From contig CP158635.1 of the NCBI GenBank assembly GCA_050273025.1, forward strand, positions 20,646,001 through 20,710,000: a stretch of 64,000 nucleotides of DNA. The letters run 5' to 3'. Below, one piece after another: positions 1-10,701 of the stretch. Origin of the DNA: Cenococcum geophilum (lineage: Eukaryota). The notes beneath the pieces are model-generated. The model was not told where the DNA came from and searched no databases. It worked only from the letters and a program-made list of their open reading frames with translations. A program made the translations under genes and the position numbers. The first letter of the stretch is position 1. Each line of letters opens with the position of its first letter.

Positions 1-196
1 ATTAGTTCTGCTTACCGCCTTAACTAAGCTAATAGCAATTTTCTATCCTAGGGATAGAAAATCCTAATTAGCCTATTTAACGATTAGAACTAGTAAAACC
101 TTATACTACTACCTAACGCGAAAATATAATACGTAATAAGTTATAAGTCTTAACTAAAATTAAATTATTTAGACCTTTAGCTAAAAGTGGGGGTAC

Positions 197-482
197 TATA
201 ACGAGACTAGCCTAGTTATAATAAGAATGTCTTAATAAAACACTTAATAAATAAATTCCGGCGCTTTAACCAAATTTTACTAAAGTCCGTTAAAGACCGC
301 ATGCGTATATACACACGCATTAACTACTAAGCCCCTAACTATTTAATTATATAATTCTCTTATTATTCCTTTCTCTTCTTTATATAACGTCTTGTTCTTA
401 GCGAGAGCTATATACCCTTAGGTTTAGATAGAATTTATATCATTCCTTTAAATCTTCCCTAAAGTCTCTTCGCGCCCTTATA
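197..482 (+). repeat. 3' LTR of Ty3/Gypsy family H (RIP-mutated TG...CA ends), preceded by its 3' UTR and polypurine tract
   Basis: Ends tataac...cccttata (RIP form of tgtaac...ttaca). Preceded by aaaagtgggggtac. Homologous to 647-990 and to 49670-49974 (minus). Confidence 0.8.
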
Positions 483-646
483 GGGTTATAAACTTTGGTT
501 AAATAGACCCTAGTTATAAATAGGCCTATTTTATAATATATAAATAGTCTATTAAGCTAGTATAGAGTAATAAACTAGTTTAGGAAGGGTGCTCTTTAAA
601 TTAAGCTTTATTATTAGCGTACGCTATAGCTTTACCTATAAGTTTC

Positions 647-990
647 TATAACGGGACTAGCCCAGTTATAGTAGGAATGTCTTAGTAAAATACTCGATAG
701 ATAAATTCTAACGCTTTGACTAAATTCTGCTAAATTCTGCTAGCTTAATTGACTTCTGCTAAGTTCTGCTAGATGTATTGAATTTTACTAAAGTTAGTCA
801 AAGACCGCGTATGTACGTGCGCACGTATTGACTACTAAGACCCCTAACTATTTAATATATAACCCTTTTATTATTACTTTCTCTTCTTTACGTAACGTCT
901 TATTCTTAGCAAGAGCTATATACCCTTAGATTTAGATAGAATTTATATCATTCCTTTAAATCTTCCCCGAAGTCTCTTTGCGCCCTTATA
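647..990 (+). repeat. Solo LTR of family H with an expanded aaattctgct microrepeat
   Basis: Aligns end to end with 197-482. Flanks gtttc/gttgc resemble a TSD. Confidence 0.75.
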
Positions 991-1797
991 GTTGCCTATA
1001 AGTTACCTATAAGTCACTAGTATAACTAGGTTACATTAAAGTGTGGCTTATATAGGATATTAATAAATTACGCTTTATCCTATATATATACCGTAGTTCT
1101 TACTATAAGTATTAGCTTATTCTTTAATCCCTTAAAACGTCCTTTATTCCGCTTTAGCGTAATTATAAAAGGCTAGTCTAACCGGAACGTATAATTATCT
1201 AATTAATAGTATAGAATAAGAGTTATAGTTAAGTAGAAGATAAGGTAAGGTAGAATAATCTTTATAAATAAAGGATAAATACTTTCTAACCTCTTTTATT
1301 TAGAGACTAATTGCTAGCTCTTCTTTAAAGGAGAACTTGTTACAAACGCTTTAAGTACAATGTTATAACTACTTGGAGAAGAGTTGGAGGAAGCTAGTTG
1401 GTTAATATAAGCACGGTCCAGGATAGATCCGGTAGAACTATGTGACGAGGAATAGTAACCAAGTCACGTGATGTAATCTGTGTGATCTGTATAATCTGTG
1501 TAATCTGTGTAACAGAGTAAACAGAGCACACGTACCTTACGTATAAGAAGGATTTCATAGGAGTACGGTTATATATTTAAGGACCCTTAGTCCCTACCTA
1601 GATAGTTCCTTCCTTATAGTAATTCTCAGAATACAATTAGAGTTAATCTATTGGGCAACCACTCCACCAGTTATTATTACGTTATTAACTTTATATATTA
1701 CCTACACACCTAGCCTAATAACAAACCCACCGTAGTACTTGCTACAAGGTTCCGTTATATAATTACTACCTAGTTATAATATTAAAAGTTAAACAAT

Positions 1798-4700
1798 ATG
1801 CCACTAAAAGCAGCCACTATAACGCTATTGACGGCGGCAACTACTTTAAGGTTAGGAGGTAACACCAGTATAGCAGATACTAACTCATAACAACCTATAA
1901 CAGTTGAATAATTATAAGAAATAGTTAACCAGTTAATAGAAAATAATACGGTACTTAAATAAAGGGTTAATAGAATAGGAGCAGCAAAGGTTAAGTTACT
2001 ATTAATTAAAAGATTCTTAGGAGAGAGATTAAAGCTTAAAGGATTCCTTACGTAAATGCATTTTAAGGTTGCGTAAGAGGGAGTAAAGCTGGTAACACCT
2101 ATAGATTAAATAGCGTATATAGGATTGTTCTTATTAGGAAGAGCACTTAAATAGTTTAAGCCTTACCTTATAGAGATATAAGCAAATGGAATAATAACGA
2201 CGAACTAAGAAGTACGGTTTATATTCTTAAGCTAGAATGGATTTATAGAGCGACTTATACAGATATTTAGAGACCTAGAGGTAATAACTATGGCGGAAAG
2301 AAAGCTTTAAGATATTACGTAATAAACCTTAGCTATTAAGTATATAACGTAGTTCTAAACGCTAGTAATATAAGTTAAGTAAAATAATAGGGCGCTTATG
2401 GCATAGTATAAATAGGGACTTAAGGCTAAAGTCTAGGACGCAATTATTCTAATAGAAGATGCGGATACCCTAAGGGAATTAATAGATTAAGTAATAAAGA
2501 TTAATAATAGGATCTACCAAAGGGAATAAACTAAGAGAGGTTAAAATAAAGTTTTATAGTTATATAAGGCGTAGAGTACGCATTAACCAAAGCTAAGTTA
2601 GAAACTATAGTATAGCGCAGAGCTAATAGACCTAAGTAGTACTAAAGAAGCCTATAAGAGATAGAGTAAGATACTATAGAAACTAAAAGGATAAGGATTA
2701 AGTAATTAAAGGTCTAAAGAGCAAAGGCCAAATTAGGGATTTTAGTAGCAGAAGACATTTAGGCGGACTCTATAATAAGAAAAATAGTTTAAAGAGGGAG
2801 CTTGTATAAATTGTGGAAAATAGGGTTATTTCGCTAGAGATTGCAAAGATAGTTAAAGTTACTATATAATAAAGGGAACCGGACTAGTAGACGGTATATA
2901 CGTACAGAGGGATAATAATGCACTATAAGGAATAAAGGATTATTTAATTAACCACTTTATATTTTACTATAATAACGCGTGCTAAATTTATAAAGACGCT
3001 AAGTATAACGCAAGCTATTAGCTATAGGAACCTAGTTTAAAGAAACTAAGAGCTACCTAAGACTATAAAGAGCAAGATAGGCTTTACGAATGCGATGAAG
3101 ATCTAATAGCAACTTTTAGTACAGTGTTAATAAGGCAGTATTTAGAAAGGGACTTTAGGAAAAATCCATTTAGCGATATTAAGAAAGAAGATCTTAAGAT
3201 ATTAGTATTAGAAGTAGAGACTGAGACCGCTATAGAGTAAGGTTTAGTAACGGGCATTATAATACCGTTGGATACGGCATCTATCGCTTTATAAGACGGC
3301 AGGAAGAGTATCCTATAAAGATTAAGTAAGTAGACGACTACTAGTGCTAATTCACTACTTAATAAAGGTAAAAGGCTAAAGGCTTAAGATTCTTAAGATG
3401 AGATAAGAGACGACTAAGATTCTTAAGATAAGATGAGGTATACCTAAGGACCTATAATAGACGAGAACCGATAAAGTAGGGTAATAGCTTAGTTTAAGGA
3501 CATATAAATAAGCTTGGGATAGAGTTTCCCACAGGTATTAAATTCTTAAGATAAGATAGATAAGATTTAAGACTCTTAAGATAAGATAAGAATACTACGG
3601 ACGCCTAGTTAGACTAAGGCGGGAGCTAAGCTTAAGTTAGAAGTAAGCTTAGGATTAAAAAATCTAAGGGACTAAGAATTTAGAGTACGAATAAGGACAC
3701 CTATAGATAAGAGGTAAGGAGCTTCTTTATAGATTAGAGAATCTGTAATCTAGGTAGTAGTTAGACTAAAAGATAGATATATAGACCTAGAAGACTTACT
3801 AGTTAAACACGGTGTTTAGCCTAAAGATTAAAAAGTTAATACTAAGATTAAGAAGTACGAAGACTTTAAGGATCTACGCGTAAGACGCGAAAGAAAAGAA
3901 ACTATAAAGAAATTTAGAGTAAGAATTACCTTGTGGCAAGAGTAGAAACTAGATTAGAGATCTAGTCTGCTAGGTTATATAAGGGATAGAGCGTTAGTAT
4001 AAAGAATTATTAATAGGCTAAGAATAGGTATACTAAGAGCTAAGTGGCTTACTAAACTGGAATAAGAAGAGGATCTAGGGATTCTAACTAGATTTAAGGA
4101 ATGATATATAAAGGGCTGTCACGATATAGTAATAAGAAGATACTTCCTTACGGATAGAGCGTATATACTTAAGCAGCTGTACTAAAAGTGGTATAGGCAG
4201 CGATATAATAATAAGTGGGAAGATTTCTATATATAGCTAGATAAAAAAGTTGTCTAAGACCACCTAATTATAGAAAAGGCTATAACTTATATTAAAGGAG
4301 CCTTAATTATAACATTAAAAGATTTAAAGGAGTAATTAGAGGACTAGAGAAGCGAGAAATAAATTTTAGTACCTGTAAATAAAGTTGCGACGCTTAGATT
4401 AATATGAGAAAGGTTTAAACTTAAGGATAAAGACGAGCTAAGAGTTAACCTAAGACACTAAGTATATTATATACTATCTTAGATAGCATATGTGGATAAT
4501 ATGTGTAATATATATAAAGCACCTAAGGATAAAAATTGGAAGTATTTAATAAGGATATATTAGATAACGGATAAGGTGGAATATTAAAATACTAAGAATA
4601 TATATAGTTGGCACCTAGTAGAAGTTTAAGAATAAGGGGACTTAATACTTTAACTAGGAAGATTCCTTACGGAAGAATGCCTAGATGGATAATAATGGTA

Positions 4701-7700
4701 GGAATATTTAGAGAACACCTGTTTATAGCACATTAAAGAAAAGAAGTAAACTAAGTATTGGCCTAAGTCGGACTAAGTATAAATAGGATCTAGTAGCTAA
4801 TAGTTAGGAAAAGTAGAGGCCTACGGGATTAGAGGGAACTAGTAGTAGAGCCTTAAACCCTTAAAGGAATTTAAGAAAGATACCTAAATTTATAAATTAA
4901 ATAGTAAGATTAATAGTTTGAAGTACTAATAGATAGTAGAGTAATGAGGAACTATATCTTACTAGTAGCAGTTAAAAGAATAGGACTACTATATAGAAGA
5001 AAGGAGCACCTATATTTATTAGTAACAATTTTAGGAGATTTAATAGCCTATAAAGACGGTATTATTAATCTTAAAATAGGACCTATTTAGTTAACTATTA
5101 AAGGAAAATAAATTCGGATGTCTTTTAATATCCTACTATTAGGGAAGGATGAGGCGATATTAGGGATACTTTGGTTATAGGAGTATAATCTAAAGATTAA
5201 TTAGGTTATAGGTTAGGTTAATATTAAAGATACTTAACGCTATAAAGTGCGATAATAAGCTAAGTTGGTATGGTACTAAGTAAAAGCAACCTATAAGGAA
5301 ATAGAAAAGGGACTAAGCTATATACTAAAGAGATACTATAAGTATAGTAAGAAACTATAGTTACTAAAAAGTAAAAAGCTGTTAAAGTATATAGTATAGG
5401 ACTATAAGATAGAATTAGAACTAGAAATAAGTTTAAAATTCTTTCTAATTTATAAGCTTACCAAAAAAGAAGGTAGAGTATTAAAAGAGTTTATCTAGGA
5501 GAACTTATAAAAGGGATATATTAGACTATTGCAATTATTAGCGGGTTATCTAGTATTATTCGTCTTAAAGAAGAATAGTAAGCTAAGGCTGTATATTAAC
5601 TATAGATAGTTAAACAGCATTACTAGGAAGGATAGGTATTCTTTACCCTTAATTAGCGAGATCTAAGACAGGATAGGTAATGTATAAATCTTTATAAAGA
5701 TAGATCTAAGATAGGCGTACTATTAGATTAGAATTAAGGAAGGCGATAAATAGAAGGCAGCCTTTAGGTTAAAGGAAGGACTATATAAACTATTAGTTAT
5801 ACAATTTGGACTTATAAACGCACTAGTAATATTTTAAAAGTGAATTAATAATATATTAGGAGAATACTTAGATGAATTTATTATAGTATACTTTAATAAT
5901 AATATTATCTACTTAATAACTAAGGAAGAATATGGGGAATATGTTAAATAGGTTTTAAAGAGACTATAAGAGGAATAGATGCTAGTAGTAATTAAGAAAT
6001 ATAAGTTCTTTACTAGGAAGATAGATTTTATTGGATTTATTATTAAACTAGGCTAACTTAGTATAGATCTAAAGAAGATTAAGGCTATAGTAAATTAGTA
6101 AGAACTAGAGAACATTATACAATTAAGGTTATTCCTAGGGTTTTACAATTACTATAAAAGGTTTATAGCGCAATAGTTAAAGGATATTAAGCTATTTATA
6201 TAGTTAATAAAGAAAGAAGAACTATAGGCATAGGGATAGGAATAATAAGAATTATTTAAGGAAGTTAAAAGGTTATTTACCTAGGAGCTAGTTCTTAAGA
6301 TCTATTAACTAGAACTAGAGACGGTTGTTAAAATAGATATATTAGACTTTATACTAGGGGTATACTTTATATAAAAGCATCCGGATAGATGGCACCTAGT
6401 GGCATACTATAGTTAGAAGATAATACTACTAGAGTTAAACTATAATATTTATAATAAGAAGTTATTAGATATAGTTATAGTACTAAAGGAATAGAGAGCA
6501 TTCTTATAAGGTATAGAAAAACTATTTATAGTTAAAACGGATTATAAGAACCTAACGGGATTTCTAATAATAAAGGAACTTAACTAAAGATAGGTTAGAT
6601 AGGTAGAGATACTTATAGAATACTATTTTAAGATTTAGTATACTAAGGGTATAGATAACACAAGAGCAGATGCTCTAAGTTAAAAAGCTAAACTGTAAAA
6701 TAATAAAAAGCTATTAGGGGCTTTGTTGCGAAAAGATACAGATAGATTAATTAGGTATAATTATCTAAAAATTACAGTAACTTAGGAAGAACTAGAGAAG
6801 GTTTATAAGTTACTAAAAAGCTTTTAGGTATAAAGAATTCTAGAAATATAGCTAGAAGATCTATAGACGGATATATACGAAAACCGAGAAGTAAAGTATA
6901 TCCTAAAAAGCATAGTAGAGTAATTTGTGGAAGATTTCTATAAAGGACTAACTTAAGGATATAACGGAGCTATAGGCTTAGTGTTAAGACTCTAGGAGGA
7001 GTATATTATTAACGGAATCTAGAAAATAGCTAAAAAGGTTACTAAGAAGTGTTTAGATTGCTAAAGAAATAAACTAATAAGGTATAAGCCATATAGAGGG
7101 CTATAACCTATTAAAATACCAGAGAGACTATAGGAGGTCATATTATAGGACTTTATTATAAAGTTGCCAAAATTAAGAGATCCTATTACTGGACAAGATT
7201 ATAATACGATCTTAGTAATAGTAAATAAGCTTATAAAGTGGGGATACTTTATAGCGTGTATAGAAGAGATATTAGTAGAAGATATTACTAGAATCTATAT
7301 TAAAGAAGTGTTTATAAGATATAGAGCATTAAGCAAAATCATATCGGATAGGGATTTAAGATTTATAGCAGTATTCTAAGAGGTATTCTTAGCGGAGTAA
7401 GGAGTTTAAGTAGTAACTTCTACCGTATATTATCCGCAGACAGACAGTTAAATAGAAAGATTAAATTAGACACTAAAACAGTATCTAAGATATTATATTA
7501 ATTACGCATAAAATAATTAGGTATTACTATTACTAATTATACAGTTTATATATAATGTAATACTATAAGAAGAAATAGGTACGTTACTATTTAAGGCGAA
7601 TTATAGATATAAGCTAAGAATATCGCTATTGCTACGTTAAGTAAAAAAGATAAGTAGTACGGCTAAGTAAAGGATAAAGATATTAATAAATCTTTATAAG

Positions 7701-8213
7701 AACCTTATAGAAACAGCTAAGGTAGTATAGCAAAGAATAAAGAAATACTATAATGCTAAGAGATCTAAGGGACTAGATCTTAAGGAGGGAGATAAAATGT
7801 GGCTACTATACAAAAATTTTAAGAGTTAATAACTAAGTAAAAAATTAGACTATGTTAGGCTAGGACCTTTTAAAATTAGTTAAAGGATTTTACCGGTTAC
7901 ATTTAAGATAAACCTACTAGCTAAAATAAAGATCTACCCTATATAGTATATCGCAATGCTAGAGCTAGTATATAGGAAAGTTAAGCCACTAGTTTACGAA
8001 GCAGACACGTATAAAGGATAAGAAGAAGATAAATAGCAAGTTTTAAAGATCGTTAATTATAAGGACGTTAACGATAAAATATAGTATAAAGTTAAGTAAA
8101 TAGGCTATAACGAGACTACCTAAAAACTACTAAAAATTTTAAAAAACGCTATAGGAAAGGTATAGGAGTATTGGAAGAAAATAGGTTAAGTAATATTAAA
8201 GAAGGATTACTAA
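1798..8213 (+). pseudogene. gag-pol of Gypsy A copy 1 (gag with CCHC knuckle, protease, RT, RNase H, integrase, chromodomain), many RIP stops
   Basis: ATG at 1798. CINCGK*GYFARDC at about 2803-2845. LIDS-type protease motif near 4925. RT YxDD remnant near 5887. Integrase (ORF 7164-7379, IISDRDLRF). Chromodomain-like YKVK*IGY...EYWKK at about 8030-8180. Confidence 0.9.
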
Positions 8214-8229
8214 AGAATAAGTTACCTAA

Positions 8230-8842
8230 GGGGGACCTAGGAAGAGCGATTGCTAAACTACTTAGAATTATTTCCTTCGCTAATTAAAGAAAATCCATTT
8301 TTTTATTACTAAGTTCCTACAGACCTTATTCTATAAGTTTCTACTTTTTAAAATAAACCTTCTTATAACCCTTTTTAAGATAAAGAAGCTGAGTATAAGT
8401 AAAGGCGCGGGCTTTAAAGGCTTAATAATCTTCTTCTCTTACCCACTTAGCGCGAGCTTAATCTTCACGCTAAAGGCAATAAATCTTACCTAGGGCACCT
8501 ATAAGTTTACTATTAAGCTTTATAGCGGCAGATTAAACATAAGACCCTATAATAAATTACTTAGGGAACTTAATAACTATTAAGAGTTATAGGATACGTA
8601 TACTTAGCGTTAAATATAAAGCGAACGTTATAAGATAAATAGATATTTACTTTAGTACACTTTAAATAAGAAGAGGGTTGCTAAGATAAAGGGCTCGCCA
8701 GCGTAATATAAACTAACCCCTCTTTTATATAATAAGAATATGGAGATAGCATTATTCCACCCAGAGATAATATTATAGTAACGGTATAAGACCAATAAGC
8801 TATAGAAAAAGAAGGCGGAGGCTTAAAAACCTTTAAAGGCAT
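8230..8842 (-). pseudogene. Antisense accessory gene of Gypsy A copy 1: Zn2Cys6-like cluster plus coiled coil, one inferred intron
   Basis: ATG at 8842. De-RIP reading PCSxCAKEGLVC-x13-CSECTKANIRSSC. Inferred 55-nt intron at 8547-8601. Exon 2 is E/Q/R/K/L-rich. The 3' end is approximate. Confidence 0.6.
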
Positions 8843-9209
8843 TATAAGTAACAATATTAACTAAATTAATTAGACGGATATTATACCTCTAGTAAACAAC
8901 TTAGAGATATTAGAAATCTTTAAGGACAAAGATAGAGAGGAGGGAGATAGTATTATGGACGCTTTAAGTATAATATTATAACTACTTAGAGAAAAGTTAG
9001 AGGAAGCTAGTTGGTTAATATAAGTATAGTCTAAGATAGATCTAGTAGAACTATATAATAAGAAATAGTAACCGAGTTATATAATATAATCTATATAATT
9101 TATATAATTTATATAATCTATATAATAGAGTAAATAGAGTACACGTACCTTATATATAAGAAGGATTTTATAGGAGTACGGTTATATATTTAAGGACCCT
9201 TAGTCTCTA

Positions 9210-10498
9210 CAGTGCCAAGACATTAGTCTGTGCACACGCGAACCAACACCACACGATCGCAATATTGTCACCAAATTCAATCATTTACCACATCACAATG
9301 CAACGCTCGTTTGGAACGGAAATTAGTGGAAATCGAAGGCCTGGGGCAGAGCTTTCAGATGCACAAAGAGCTGGAATCCTTAGTGCAGTAGAGGCAGGGG
9401 AGGAGAAGACTAAAATCGCGGCGAGGTATCGCGTCAGTCGTCGCGTTATTTACAATATAATCGATCAATGGAATAACCACCACACGCTTAAATCTCTACC
9501 AAGACCCGGACAGCCCGAAAAGCTTACTCGATGACAGAAGCGTCTACTTCTTCAAATTGTACGCAGGAACCCTTGAATCGACTATGCAGCTCTTAAGTGT
9601 CAGGCTGTAGGGGTTACCGTTAAGCATAGAACTTTACAACGTCTATTCAAAAAACACCATATTACGAAGTGGCTCGCCAAAAAAAGACCAAAGCTGACGC
9701 CAGCGGTAGCTCAATTAAGGTATCTTTGGGCTCGAAAATACAAGGGATTCCCTTAGAGACGTGTCAAGTTTTCTAATAAATGCTCATACGAACGAGGCTT
9801 AGGAAAGAAGCCCGTTTGGGTCTTCCGGACGTCTCTACAAAAGTGGAATCATGACTTTATTACAGAGGTGTCCAACGGAAAGGATCTTACACAGATAATC
9901 TACGCACGCTTTTTGGTACGATGGCCGTTCGGAGTTGATTGCTATGGAAAGAGACGTTTTAGCGCGGAAGGAAGGCTATAGCGCCCGAAGCTATATTTAG
10001 GCCTTAGAAGAAGGTCTTATGCCAGTCTATAAGCCTTTAGATATCTACTAAATGGATAACACTCCAATCCATATGTCGAATCTTGTAAAGAAGTGGTTGG
10101 AAACGCACGGTGTTTAGACGCTCGATTTCCCCCCATACTCGCCCGATCTTAACCCAATTAAGCACCTTTAGCTGGCACTAAAAAGGAAGATTCTTAAGCT
10201 TCATCCAGAGCTTGAACAGATGGGACAAAGTAAGGAGAATTTGGAGCGTTTAATTGAGGCGTGTAAGGAGGCGTGGTTGGCTATCGATCAAGGCCTTATG
10301 CGACGATTAATCGACAGTATGGACCGAAGGCTGGAGGCAGTAAAAAAAGCACGTGGCTGGCAGACAAAGTATTAACTATAATTAAACAATCTCATACTAA
10401 TTTGGCTGCATTTAATTGCTGTGGCGTTGTGCGATTGTTCAAAGTCGTGTCGATTTTGGTGAGAATTCGGGTGTGCACAGACTAATGTCTTGGCACTG
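9210..10498 (+). mobile_element. Tc1/mariner (DD34E, impala-like) DNA transposon inserted in the middle LTR of Gypsy A
   Basis: 28-bp perfect TIRs cagtgccaagacattagtctgtgcacac. TA duplication at 9208-9209 and 10499-10500. The empty site tcccTAcctag is visible in the other two LTRs. Confidence 0.95.
9298..10375 (+). pseudogene. Tc1-family transposase pseudogene
   Basis: N-terminal HTH region (MQRSFGTEISGNRR). MDNTPIH...PPYSPDLNPIK gives 34 residues between D and the (RIP-mutated) E. C-terminus RRLEAVKKARGWQTKY*. Several stops and a frameshift near 9900-9940. Confidence 0.9.
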
Positions 10499-10701
10499 TA
10501 CCTAGATAGTTCCTTTCTTATAGTAATTCTCAAAATATAATTAGAGTTAATCTGTTGGGTAACCACTCTACTAGTTATTATTACGTTATTAACTTTATAT
10601 ATTACCTATATACCTAGCCCAATAATAAACCTACCATAGTACTTACTACAAGGTTCCGTTATATAATTACTACCTAGTTATAGTATTAAAAGTTAAATAA
10701 T

